The position numbers were made by a program, and so were the translations under genes. A stretch of 63,684 nucleotides of DNA, filler included, from Octopus bimaculoides (taxonomy: Eukaryota): the NCBI RefSeq assembly GCF_001194135.2. It is 6 parts of 5 records of this genome, joined end to end, with 100 filler letters (N's around TTAATTAATTAA, not from the genome) between each part and the next. Parts side by side here need not be neighbours in the genome. Positions count along the whole stretch, not along the records: positions 25,839 to 41,753 come from NC_068996.1; positions 41,854 to 56,857 come from NC_069007.1; 4 more parts are not named here. One strand, 5' to 3'. Positions 38,205 through 50,742 of the stretch are shown one piece after another; position 1 is the first letter of the stretch, and each line of letters starts with the position of its first letter. Under the pieces are notes generated by a model, which was not told where the DNA came from, ran no database searches, and saw only the letters and a program-made list of their open reading frames with translations.

Positions 38205-38495
38205 CATGCTATGACACCTCTAGTGTTGTCAGCTTCCAGCCCAGGCTCTATTTCTCATCAGGCTGAGAAAAACAAACTGTCACAGTACCAATCTCTTTCT
38301 GATAGGTTTATGGCTGAACCTCTGGCAGTTGAGATCTCTAACATTCTTGGCCCAGACCATAACCCTGCTTACTGCTATCGGGGGCAGAGACTGCTTTCTG
38401 CAAGTGTGAGACTCGCGAGTTAGAGTGGCTGTTCCAGTATGTCTCCCTCACTATCCTCTGAGGCAACGCCTCTTCCATTTTGTCTGCTGATGCCA
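38205..38495 (+). mobile_element. CRE-clade non-LTR retrotransposon, restriction-like endonuclease C-terminal fragment
   Basis: ASSPGSISHQAEKNKLSQYQSLSDRFMAEPLAVEISNILGP, then after a frameshift RELEWLFQYVSLTIL*GNASSIL. This fits the K..KY..L....F.PLAVET.G.LGP...E..WLFQRLS..I.RGNA.SIL pattern of CRE-type RLE domains. Confidence 0.75.
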
Positions 38496-40469
38496 TAAGA
38501 AATGTTTCTATATTGTGAGAGGCAAGATTCTCCATTAATCCAGATGAAAACTAGGCAATAATTATAAATTTGCTGAATAACAGCAACTATTTGTTTATAT
38601 TGCTAGAAATAATCTGGCATGTAAGATTATGGTTTTGATTCCTCAGCCAGGCAATGCATTGTGTTCTTGAGCTAAACACTTCATTTCATGTTGCTCCAGC
38701 TCACTCAGCAGGCTAAAAATGAGTAATCTTGCAATGGACTGGCTTCCCATCCAGGGGGTGAATATATACACCTCAGAAACCAGGAAACTGATGTATATGA
38801 CTTGGGGGAGGATCTTTATCCCTTCCTTTTTTCTCAACTCAAGATGTACAATGATACAACTTGCACTTCCTTGATGACTCATTAGCAAAAATGTAGCACT
38901 GCTATATTATTCTTTACCCTGCTCCCCTATATCATATTTTCTGAACAATATCAGTAGTCCTGAACTTGGCACTTACAAGTATTTTTGTATTGTGTTATCT
39001 TACTTATCCTTTAATTTCCAATACATCTACTCTAGTAGGTCCCCAATGTCTTGAGTCGACATGATTACTATTTTGACTGTACCTTACTTGACCAAATGTA
39101 CTGTATAAATTGAAAGTTCTCCACATCTCTGTACTTGGTCAAACTAATCATTGTTTGGGAAACAGATTTTGCAAACCATTGGTTAATGCTTACACTGGTT
39201 TCAAATTTTGGTACAGAGTCAGTAATTATGGGGAAGGGGCTAGTTGATTATATTAATCACAGTGTTTAACTGGTACTTATTTTATGAACCATGAAAGAAC
39301 GAAAGGCAAAGTCAACCTTAGCAGAATTTGAGCTCAGAACGCAAAGATAGATGCTAATAATTCTGCCAACTTGCTGCCTTTTTGACACTTATAATAACAT
39401 CAAAACTTATAGCACATCACTTCAATTTTCTGAGATAATCCTCAAACCAGTTCTCAACCTGTGGAGTTCTTTAAAACTCTGAATCTCACAAGACCCACAA
39501 ACACAAAAAACAACACTTTATCTTCAACATGTGTACCTTTGTAGCACCTGGCTTTAATATAGACCCCAACTTCCTATGATTCTGCTCTCCAGCCTCTTCT
39601 TATTCATCATTTAATTATTTGTGTTGGCTTTATAGGCTTGGGAACAGGGTGTGCAGAAGGTGCAAGTGCACCTCCTAAAATTTGGGCAGGGGTGCACAAA
39701 GAAAATGCTTTGAACATGCCTGAAAAACTTGATCATCAAAATGAGCAAGCACAGAAAAGTTTTGGATTGATTTGAAACATTATTTTTCCATTATTGGATT
39801 TATCTGATTTGATTTATGTACAAATACAAATTTTGGACCTGATTTAGTTCCCACACTTATGGTTGGCTTATGTCCTTTATTTTTTGCTGCTGTGTTTTAA
39901 TTAGCTATGTCTTGTAATTATACACATTCCTTCCCATTTCAACTGACCAGGATCTTGCTGTAAATTTTTACCATCCTTCTCATAAACTTTACTTTCATTC
40001 TCATCACTCTTCTTCAACATAGTAATACCACTGCCCATTCCATTCATGCAGTCTCTTCTTTCACTGTCTCCCCATTCTCACCACTCCACATTACTCACTC
40101 ACCTCTGTTTCCTCTGACTGGCACTCCATTGGTTATGACGAGTATTCCAGTTGATCCGATCATTGGAAGCCTGCTCGTGAAATTAACATGCAAGTGGCTG
40201 AGCACTCCACAAGACACATGCACCCTTAACATAGGTCTCAGGGAGATTCAGCATCATACAAAATGTGACAAGGCTGGCCCTTTGAAATGCAGGTACCGCT
40301 CATTTTTGCCTACTGAGTGGACTGAAGCAATGCGAAATAAAGTGTCTTGTTCAAGGACACAATGTGCTGTCAGGTATGAACTCATGATCCTATGATCATA
40401 AGTTGAATACCCTAACCACTTAGCCACATGCCTTTTCTCTAACCCTCCCCCCTTGTATTACAGTGCTCA

Positions 40470-41100
40470 GGAGCACTACAACTCACCAAAAATAAAAAGA
40501 AAGTAGCCAAAAGTGCATGAACACAGAACATAGAATAATGCACAAGAAGTGAACAGTGAAAGAGTTGTTAAAAAGAAAAGTAGAGGTGAGTATCAGGAGT
40601 ACTGATAGTGAATTTCAGGAAGCATGGAAGGTTTGATGGCTGATGCAGGTAATTTATTCCATATTTCTGCAATTCTCAGCATGAAAAATTGTTTTTAAAA
40701 GTTATAGGTGCTGTGTTCTGTTTTGATTTTGTAAGCATGTCTACAAGTGTTAGCATGTCCACATATGGAATTCAAAAAGATGCCCAAAGTTGTTACTGAA
40801 AAAATGGTGGATAATATAATGAGTGTCTACCAAGTTAATAGCCAGATGTTGGAACTTTAATGTATCCATGACCAGGGAAACAAAACGTTCAGAGTGTGGT
40901 AGGTACCTATTGGCAGGTTTTCATTTGCATATTTCAGAACAGTTTCCAAGAGATTGATATGCTGAGCAAAATGGGGGTTCAAGACTGGTGATGCAAACTC
41001 TAAGTGTGGGCGTCCAACAGTCATATACAGCTTTAAACAGGTAGCTGGAGAGTGGCTAACAAAGGTCTTACTAAATGATGCTAAGATACCATTAGTCATC
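40470..41100 (-). mobile_element. CR1/L2-clade LINE 3' fragment
   Basis: ILASFSKTFVSHSPATCLKLYMTVGRPHLEFASPVLNPHFAQHINLLETV matches the CR1/L2 RT C-terminus (LY..LVRPHLEYA..VW.P); decayed 3' segment follows. Confidence 0.8.
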
Positions 41101-41491
41101 TTGAAAACATTTCATGTTAATTTATATTCCAAATATTATCTTAATGATGACAAATTTATTTTACTAAATTCTTCATCGAAACAAATTAAGTATATTTCAA
41201 CAGAAATGTAACAAAAGATTAAAGTGATCTAAATTCAAGCCACTTAAGTTCAAAGCCTCAAATTTTGGAAACGTTACCTATTTCTGTTGGAAAACACTGC
41301 ACATTAATTGACTGTGTAAAAAGGAGTTATTCCCCTTGTTAAGCGTTTGGGAACCAGACCTTCATAGAATAATTATTTGAATTATAGTGTTGGACTCTGT
41401 CAATACGTTTACTTGATTGGGAGGTGGAATTCTGATATAAGCATTCCATAACATTTTTTATTTGGCGGGGAATTCATATAATTATGAAAAA

Positions 41492-41713
41492 AAAGTAATT
41501 TTTAAACAAATTTTTTACCCCCACCCCATAAATTCTAAAAGTTTCACTCTTTTTGGAATGTTTTTTTTTTTTTTAAATCAGAGTTTAAACCAAAAATTTG
41601 GATTGTCTGCATTTTAAACTCTGATTTAAAAAAAAACAAAAAAACCATTCCAAAAAGAGTGAAACTTTTAGAATTTATGGGGTGGGGTAAAAAATTTGTT
41701 TAAAAATTACTTT
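41492..41713. repeat. Near-perfect fold-back element (~100-bp arms, 23-nt loop)
   Basis: AAAGTAATTTTTAAACAAATTTTTTACCCC..CCCCATAAATTCTAAAAGTTTCACTCTTTTTGGAATG...TCAGAGTTTAAA is mirrored from 41613. The loop sequence has a relative at ~27320. Confidence 0.9.
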
Positions 41714-41996
41714 GATGGTTCTTCTCTAAATTATCAATATATATATATATATANNNNNNNNNNNNNNNNNNNNNNNNNNNNNNNNNNNNNNNNNNNNTTA
41801 ATTAATTAANNNNNNNNNNNNNNNNNNNNNNNNNNNNNNNNNNNNNNNNNNNNATATATATGTATATGTAATTGTGTGTGTGTGTGTATGTATGTAAGTA
41901 TTTATGTGTGTGTATGTGTGTGTGAGTATATATATATTTATGTAAGCAATTATGTGTGGGGGGTGTCTCTCTCTCCCTCTCTCTCTCACTCTCTTT

Positions 41997-42037
<41 letters not shown>

Positions 42038-42717
42038 GACACACACTCATAAATATATATATACATGTATGTATGTATGTATGTATGAATGCATGTATAT
42101 ATCTGTGTGTGCCTTCATGTTTCTGTTTGTCATCTGCCACTGCTTGACAACCATTGTCGGTTTGTTTATGTCCCTGTAACTTAGCAGTTCTGCAAAAGAG
42201 CCCATTAAATAAAAAAAAAAAACACCAAACAAACAAAACACATAAGTACTGGGATCAGTCTGTTCGACTAAAACCCTTCAAGGTGACGGCACCCCAGCAT
42301 GGCCGCGCGGTCCACAGACCGAAACAAGTCAAAACTGAAAAGACGAGTAAATAAATAAACAAAATAATCTGCTATAACAACAACAACAATGGCAACAAAA
42401 ATGACAAAATCAAAGGGAACATGGCCGAAATATGTGGAAATGTCAGAAAATGGTAAATGCTTGATGCTGAGGGAATTGGATGTAACTGTTGAGCTGATGC
42501 ACTTTACAGGATGTCCTGTATGAACTAACAACCAATGGTAGGCATGTGTGGGTGTGTGGGGGTTTCGTGTGTGGGTGGGTGTGATTGTGTGTGCATATGA
42601 ATGTACATGTATGTATGAGTATGTGTATGTATTTTCATGTATGCATATACATACGTATGCGTGTATATGTGTGTGTGTGTGTGTTCGTGTGTGCGTACGT
42701 ATGAATGTACATGTATG

Positions 42718-42764
<47 letters not shown>

Positions 42765-43971
42765 NNNNNNNNNNNNNNNNNNNNNNNNNNNNNNNNNNNN
42801 NNNNNNNNNNNNNNNNNNNNNNNNNNNNNNNNNNNNNNNNNNNNNNNNNNNNNNNNNNNNNNNNNNNNNNNNNNNNNNNNNNNNNNNNNNNNNNNNNNNN
42901 NNNNNNNNNNNNNNNNNNNNNNNNNNNNNNNNNNNNNNNNNNNNNNNNNNNNNNNNNNNNNNNNNNNNNNNNNNNNNNNNNNNNNNNNNNNNNNNNNNNN
43001 NNNNNNNNNNNNNNNNNNNNNNNNNNNNNNNNNNNNNNNNNNNNNNNNNNNNNNNNNNNNNNNNNNNNNNNNNNNNNNNNNNNNNNNNNNNNNNNNNNNN
43101 NNNNNNNNNNNNNNNNNNNNNNNNNNNNNNNNNNNNNNNNNNNNNNNNNNNNNNNNNNNNNNNNNNNNNNNNNNNNNNNNNNNNNNNNNNNNNNNNNNNN
43201 NNNNNNNNNNNNNNNNNNNNNNNNNNNNNNNNNNNNNNNNNNNNNNNNNNNNNNNNNNNNNNNNNNNNNNNNNNNNNNNNNNNNNNNNNNNNNNNNNNNN
43301 NNNNNNNNNNNNNNNNNNNNNNNNNNNNNNNNNNNNNNNNNNNNNNNNNNNNNNNNNNNNNNNNNNNNNNNNNNNNNNNNNNNNNNNNNNNNNNNNNNNN
43401 NNNNNNNNNNNNNNNNNNNNNNNNNNNNNNNNNNNNNNNNNNNNNNNNNNNNNNNNNNNNNNNNNNNNNNNNNNNNNNNNNNNNNNNNNNNNNNNNNNNN
43501 NNNNNNNNNNNNNNNNNNNNNNNNNNNNNNNNNNNNNNNNNNNNNNNNNNNNNNNNNNNNNNNNNNNNNNNNNNNNNNNNNNNNNNNNNNNNNNNNNNNN
43601 NNNNNNNNNNNNNNNNNNNNNNNNNNNNNNNNNNNNNNNNNNNNNNNNNNNNNNACTCTTACTTCCTGTTTCTGTTGTGCCTGTAATTCAAAGGGTCAGC
43701 CATGTCATACTGTGTCACGCTGGATATCCCCGAGAACTACGTTAAGGGTACACGTGTCTGTGGAGTGCTCAGCCACTTGCACGTTAATTTCACAAGCAGG
43801 CTGTTCCGTTGATCGGATCAACTGGAACCCTCATCGTCGTAACCAACGGAGTGCCAACCAATGTCTGTCCATCCGTCATCGTCATCGTTTAATGTCTACT
43901 CTCTAGGAAATTAAAAACTTAATTACATAATAAATAAATGAACTCTGAGACATTTATCTATTTCTTTTCAG

Positions 43972-44127
43972 GGAGATTCCGGCAGTCCATTAATGTGTTT
44001 CGATGCCCACAAAAAAGAAAGAATTCTGGTTGGCATCGTGTCATATGGCTGGAAGTGTAAAACTGGTCTGTCTGTTTATGCCAGGGTTTCTTTCTTCCAA
44101 CCATGGATTTTCAAACACATATTGTAA
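43972..44127 (+). CDS. Terminal exon of a chymotrypsin-family (S1A) serine protease
   Basis: Acceptor TTTATCTATTTCTTTTCAG, then phase-0 GDSGSPLMCFDAHKKERILVGIVSYGWKCKTGLSVYARVSFFQPWIFKHIL*. Contains the catalytic-Ser motif, GIVS.G, and VY.RVS....WI. The phase-0 intron before GDSG is typical of the family. Upstream exons were not found. Confidence 0.92.
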   Translation, partial: GDSGSPLMCFDAHKKERILVGIVSYGWKCKTGLSVYARVSFFQPWIFKHIL

Positions 44128-44203
44128 GCAATTAGCACCTGCTAATTATTAAATGAGCACCTAATTATTAAATTAGCACCTGCTACAAATGATTAAATGA
44201 AAT

Positions 44204-44209
44204 AATAAA
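44204..44209 (+). promoter_or_regulatory. Probable polyadenylation signal of the protease gene
   Basis: AATAAA 77 nt after the stop codon; ATTAAA at 44192; T-rich sequence downstream. Confidence 0.6.
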
Positions 44210-44349
44210 AAATCAATAAGATGTTGTAAATATTATTACTTTCCAATCTCATGGTTCCAGGTTCAGTCCTATATCATGGCACCTTGGGCAAGTATCTTCT
44301 TCTATAGCATCAGGCCAACTAAAGCTTTGTGAGTGGTAGATATGGAGTT

Positions 44350-44950
44350 TAGTGTCCAATGAAGGAATGTTACGCGTAAGTGGGCTGGTTACACTCCTGG
44401 CAGAGGCCTTGGATTTTGGTCTCACTTGGCTTGCCGGGTCTTCTTACGCACAGCATATTTCCAAAGGTCGCGGTCACAAGACATTGCCTCAGTGAGGCCC
44501 AATGTTCAAAGGTTGTGCTTCAACACCTCATCCCAGGTCTTCCTGGGCCTGCCTCTTCCACGGGTTCCCTCAACCTCTAGGGTGTGGCACTTTTTCACGC
44601 AGCTATCCTCATCCATTCTCGCCAAATGACCATACCAGTGCAATCGTCTCTCTTGCACACCACAACTGATGCTTCTTAGGTCCAACTTTTCTCTCAAGGC
44701 ACTTACACTCTGTCGAGTATGCACACTGACATTACACATCCATCAGAGCATACTGGCTTCATTTCTTGCGAGTTGACGCATGTCCTCAGCAGTCATAGCC
44801 CATGTTTCACTGCCATGTAGCATGGCTGTTCGTACACATGTGTCATACAATCTGCCTTTTACTCTGAGCAAGAGGCCCTTTGTCACCAGCAGAGGTAAGA
44901 GCTCTCTGAACTTTGCCCAGGCTATTCTTATTCTAGCAGCTACACTTTCA
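44350..44950 (-). mobile_element. RTE LINE 3' fragment, relatively well preserved
   Basis: ESVAARIRIAWAKFRELLPLLVTKGLLLRVKGRLYDTCVRTAMLHGSETW and RRLHWYGHLARMDEDSCVKKC...RGRGRPRKTW. Confidence 0.92.
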
Positions 44951-45364
44951 GCGCAGTTCAATGAATATTCGCTGTTGACATTGGGATATCTTTAATTTGC
45001 CCTGATTGTTTTATGCCACCAAATATTGGATAATGAAACTAAAGACAATAAGTAAACAATTAACAAAAGGGTAGAAAAGTTACAATACAGGGGAAATAAT
45101 TCTGATAAAAGTAGTTTTTTTATTTATTATCTCCCTTTAATATGATTTTTCTCAAAACTTTATATTATTTACGTCTATCGATTCGTTTTGCAAGATTCCT
45201 GATGTAAAATCGTGTTTTGAAGCAGATATCATTTCAGATTTGTGAAGTCGTTTTGCTTACAGAATCGTTAGCAAGTCGGAAAAAATACTTAGCAGCATTT
45301 CATCCGGCTTTACGTTCCGAGATTTAAATTCCACTGACGTCGACTTTTGCATCCCGGAAAACTG

Positions 45365-46423
45365 AGGCCATCACCTTCCCCGCAGATGAAACGACCCTGA
45401 CTTTCATCGGAGCAAATGAGGAGGGGGGTGTTCGTACTGCATGGATTGTTTCTTTGTCTCTGGCTCAAAGCGATGAAGCCAACACTCATCCTGGATTAGG
45501 AAACGTCCAAGGAAACCAGCTGGATCTGCCTCAAACGATGTCAGATTTTCCTGTGATGTGATCAGCCTGGTACGCTTTCGATCAGGTGTCAGAGGACACG
45601 GCGCCCACTCGGCAGAAACCTTCATCATATCAAGTTCATAGCGCAGAATATTCCCAAATCAGTCAAGGGATATGCCAATAGCATTGGCTATTTGATTTCC
45701 AGTCAATCGCCTGTCCTCCATCACCATCTGGTGATCATAACAATGTTTTCCTTGGTGCTGGAAATTACAGAACGACCAGACCTTGGGTCGATTTCAAGAC
45801 TCTCTCTTTCTTCTCCTAAATTCAATTGTTCACTGTTGTGTGGCTAATAAATCTGGAGCGTCATCCCCTAATGCAGGGGTTTTCAAACTGTGGTCCGCAA
45901 GGACAAGACAGGGGGTCCGTAGACATTAAATACTTTTTATGGGCAATTTGATTTTATATATGTTTTTTAATCGAAATCTTTTAATTGGCAATAAACCTAT
46001 TTGTTAAATACTGTTAAATAAATAAATGTAAAAATATATGTTATTTTAAGCAAATATTTAAGTATAAATTTCATAAGCGTTTATAAGGGGGTCCCTAAGG
46101 TAAAGCCTGAAATATAAAGGGGTCCGCAAGTCAAAAAGTTTGAAAACCCCTGCCCTAATGTAATAATCATATTTGCCTGAATATCGTTAGGGGCCAAACC
46201 CTTTATCTGCAGATACTTGGTGAAATCACGATGCCATATTTTGTCCAGCTTCAAGAGAATTCAAGAAGTCTTCTTTGAACAGTCAGGTGTCAGTTTACTT
46301 GGAAAGAAACAATTCAGTTATTAATTAAAAAAAAACCTCTTAAAATTAACGCGTGCAAGATTTCACAGCTCTAGCATCACTCCTTCATAGTCAGCCTGTC
46401 AGCTTCTCAATCCGTCCTCGTAC
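45365..46423 (-). mobile_element. Mariner (DD34D-type) transposon, 5' half, interrupted by a hAT MITE
   Basis: KVSAEWAPCPLTPDRKRTR...LIQDECWLHRFEPETKKQSMQY (WVP motif and first catalytic D region). Left end reads TACGAGG on the minus strand at ~46422. Confidence 0.85.
45874..46152. mobile_element. hAT-family MITE, 279 bp, 16-bp perfect TIRs, 8-bp TSD
   Basis: TIR CAGGGGTTTTCAAACT at 45874 and its reverse complement ending at 46152. Flanked by CCCTAATG at 45866-45873 and 46153-46160. Confidence 0.95.
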
Positions 46424-46499
46424 AGAGGCAAATACAGAGGAAACATTGCCTGGAATTAAACAATAACAAAAACCAGCAATAACTATACTCTATTGCACT

Positions 46500-46960
46500 C
46501 TACATTGGATACTGTAGTCTAAGATACACTTTGGCTGAATAAATGAAGAAATTAGTCAAAGCTAGAACACCTATGATTGTAGGTCACCTGGATCGTGGAT
46601 GACCTGGGGTTAAACAAGCACGATAACTGCAAGGAAGTGAACATTGAATTATGTAGTCCTAGATAAACTGTAGTCGACTAAAATTTGGGATGCTTACAAC
46701 ATGAACATCATTGATTATAGATCTGTTGGATCAGAGCTGAGCTGGGGCTAAGCAATAATCACAAGGAGGTGCACATTTGATAATGTTGTCAAAGATACAC
46801 TATGGCTGAATAAAAGGTGGGGTGGTCACAACGAGAAGAGCTTTGATCGTAGATCTGTTGGATCAGGGCTGACTTGCGGCTAAACAACAACCACAAGGGA
46901 GAACACATTTGATAATGTAGTCCAAGGTACACTGTGGCTGAATAAAAGACAGGACTTGGT
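46500..46960 (+). repeat. Diverged tandem array of a ~132-139-bp unit (about 3.5-4 copies)
   Basis: Anchor TG(T/A)GTC.AAG.TACACT.TGGCTGAATAAA at 46513, 46652, 46784 and 46916. Each unit carries GATCAG.GCTGA..TG.GGCTAA.CAA. Confidence 0.8.
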
Positions 46961-47129
46961 TAAAGGTTGATAGGTTACCAACCTTTACTCTCCCCACGCA
47001 CCCACTGACCCAGAAGAATAAAAAGGCTCTGTCTGAAGGAATGAGAGTACTGGAGAATTCTTCAATTAACCATCTGTGTCACACAAGCCTGATAACATCA
47101 TAATAAATCATATTTAATATAGAATCGTT

Positions 47130-47933
<804 letters not shown>

Positions 47934-48914
47934 NNNNNNNNNNNNNNNNNNNNNNNNNNNNNNNNNNNNNNNNNNNNNNNNNNNNNNNNNNNNNNNNNNN
48001 NNNNNNNNNNNNNNNNNNNNNNNNNNNNNNNNNNNNNNNNNNNNNNNNNNNNNNNNNNNNNNNNNNNNNNNNNNNNNNNNNNNNNNNNNNNNNNNNNNNN
48101 NNNNNNNNNNNNNNNNNNNNNNNNNNNNNNNNNNNNNNNNNNNNNNNNNNNNNNNNNNNNNNNNNNNNNNNNNNNNNNNNNNNNNNNNNNNNNNNNNNNN
48201 NNNNNNNNNNNNNNNNNNNNNNNNNNNNNNNNNNNNNNNNNNNNNNNNNNNNNNNNNNNNNNNNNNNNNNNNNNNNNNNNNNNNNNNNNNNNNNNNNNNN
48301 NNNAAAAAAAACAGGAAAAATAATCTAGAATCCTTCTCCGGTGCCGGATCGATCCCAAAATCTAATCAGTTCGTGCCAGTCACGAGGCCAAACATCCCTG
48401 AAAGTTTTATCCGAATCCATCCAGCAGTTCTTGAGATATCTTGTCCACGAACAAACAAACAAAACAAACACGACTGAAAAACAATATCTCCACGCTGAGG
48501 CGGGGCGGAGGTAATAATGGTTTCAAATTCTGGCACAAGACCAGTAATTTTTACTAAGTGGCGATTAGTTGTATGGATTTATATATAGCTATGATTGAAG
48601 AAATAAGGCTTGAAGGCAAACGGTTTCATATTATATAATTTAGAGGATTAATAAAGTCGTTTGATTAGTTTATCCTTAGTCGTGTTCTTGCAAGAAGCGA
48701 ACCAATTCTATGAATGTTTCTTCGGCGCAGCGTAGCAATCGAGATTGTTTGTGTTTATACGTGTATCCATATACCCCAAACTTAACGCACACACGAACAC
48801 ACACACACACACACATATATATATAGGAAAAATATACGAGGTAGGAAAAAAATTACAGAATTTTTTCTACCAGTGGCCTAGCATGCAGAAAGTAGCCAAT
48901 AGACTATATATTAT

Positions 48915-49080
48915 TTATATAAAATTAGCGTAGATTTAAACACATAGGTGCCTTGACAGGACACCCTAACCCTTCGAAATTACCCCTAATCGTGGTTTGG
49001 ATTTTGACTGGTCTTTCTAGTATGCTAGGTGTCCTGTCAAGACACCTCATATGTTTAAATGTACGCTAATTTTATATAGA
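48915..49080. repeat. Fold-back element just upstream of the promoter
   Basis: TATATAAAATTAGCGTAGATTTAAACACATAGGTGCCTTGACAGGACACC is mirrored by GGTGTCCTGTCAAGACACC...TTTAAATGTACGCTAATTTTATATA. Confidence 0.85.
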
Positions 49081-49354
49081 TGCATATACACACGCACTTA
49101 CATACATATAGAACTATTATAAACACTCATTAACACACATACAGACACACAAGTATATGCACTCAAACACGAACATACTTACACATATACAGACACATAC
49201 ATGCATGCACGCACACACACACACACACAGACACAAAGGAGCACACGCGCACTCACACACAAAAATAGAAACACACACGAACACACACATACACAGACAC
49301 AGACACTCACACCTTCACACATGCACGCATACTCATCTTTCCCCACAGCCACTC

Positions 49355-49420
49355 ATATTTAAATTGACCAATCAGAATCTCGCATTTCAAAATCGCGCTG
49401 AAATCAACATTTTTGAAAAC
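49355..49420 (+). promoter_or_regulatory. CpG-retaining core promoter with CCAAT box and CHR/CDE-like elements
   Basis: GACCAATCAG (CCAAT 49368-49372), TTCAAA 49386-49391 next to CGCG 49394-49397, TTTGAA 49412-49417, TTTAAA ~49358; lies 15-75 nt before the ATG at 49434. Confidence 0.55.
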
Positions 49421-49433
49421 GAAACCCGACAGA

Positions 49434-49461
49434 ATGGAGGCGGAAGACAAACGGAAAAGTG
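49434..49461 (+). CDS. Exon 1 of an uncharacterised basic protein (tentatively CKAP2-like/mitotic)
   Basis: ATG GAG GCG GAA GAC AAA CGG AAA AGT G|GTGAGT gives MEAEDKRKS with a phase-1 consensus donor, compatible with exon 2. Confidence 0.75.
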
Positions 49462-49884
49462 GTGAGTTTTTATTGAAAACCAAAAGCAAAACAAACACCA
49501 TTTCACTTGTCTTATAACGAATTTATTTACATTTAAACACAATATTTCTGATGTAATCTTATATTATAACTTCTGATTCCTTCTTTCTTAAATTTCTTCA
49601 GTTTATCCATATATATAGGGTGTAACTACACAAGAGTGCCCCACCGATTTATTTCCTCATAACTTTGTAGAAAAAGTGATATTTTTTAATGAAATTTGTT
49701 ACAAATATTTTTCAGATGGTGTAGATTACGATTATAAGTTAATATAAAAGAAATAGTTAGTGGGCACGTCGATATTCATACGTGTGTCAACACGTAACAC
49801 TTTTTTTCATGCCGTATCATCTTCTTCCTCTTTCGATTGTCAGCTTGTAAGCATCTGAATGAATATATATATATATATATATGC

Positions 49885-50135
49885 CTCATCTTCGAAATGC
49901 CTAGTTTAGAATAGAGGCAGCTGATGAAGGAAAAGTTCCATAAGTGGCTCGTCTGTTTTCCTCTGTGTTCGTTCTGTTGTCTGTAAAAAAAAGTCCGTTT
50001 TTGTGCCTTATTTATGTTCCCGTTCCTTTTTCTGACGTCTTGTACCCGGATATACATCTATATATACATGTAGATGTAGGTATGTACATATATGTATCTA
50101 TACATGCATATGCTCATATATCATTTGTATTATGA
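49885..50135 (+). mobile_element. Unrearranged member of the PLE-like family seen at 17992-18351
   Basis: GAAA.GCCTAGTTTAGAATAGAGGCAGCTGATGAAGGAA...CTGACGTC.TGTACCCGGATAT.CATCTATATATACATGTAGATGTAGG matches the reverse complement of 17992-18232. Confidence 0.8.
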
Positions 50136-50742
50136 TATATATATATATATACATATATATATATGACGATACAAATATTTTACGAAACACTGTCTGTCTC
50201 TCTTTCTCTCTCTATCAACCTACCTCGACGTTGTTTCCTCCGAGCTTTAAAAGAAATGACGTATTTTTTTATGAAATTGTGTTTAGGCATAGCTAAGAAG
50301 TGTGTTTCCAACTACATGGTTCCCGGTTCCGTTCCATAGGCTAGTGTCCTCTTCTATAACCTCAGGCCGACAGAAACCTCGAGTGGATTTGGTAGACGGA
50401 AACTGAGAGAAGTCCGTCGCGTGTATATATATATATATATATAAATTAACACTTCTTCCCATATCTTTCTTGGTCCTTCTTCTCCACAGATTCCTTCCAT
50501 TCCTAGCACTTCTTTATATATCTGTCCATCCCCATTCACATCACATGTCCGTACCAGCTCAGTCTCCCCTCTTGCACACAACATCTGATTCCTCTTATAT
50601 ATCCAGTTTTTCTCTCAGCTTATTCACGAATACTAACCCTACACATCCAGTGAAGCTGGCCATTTCTTTTCTGGTTGTTTTTCAGGGGTGTTCTTTTTGC
50701 TTTATAGGTTACAACATGACCCCAAACAGTCCTGGTACCTCA

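Noticed and set aside
42548-43906. Long ORFs such as 42548-43906, 54547-55710 and 6104-7117
   Set aside because: Their length comes from translating N gaps (X runs) and microsatellites.
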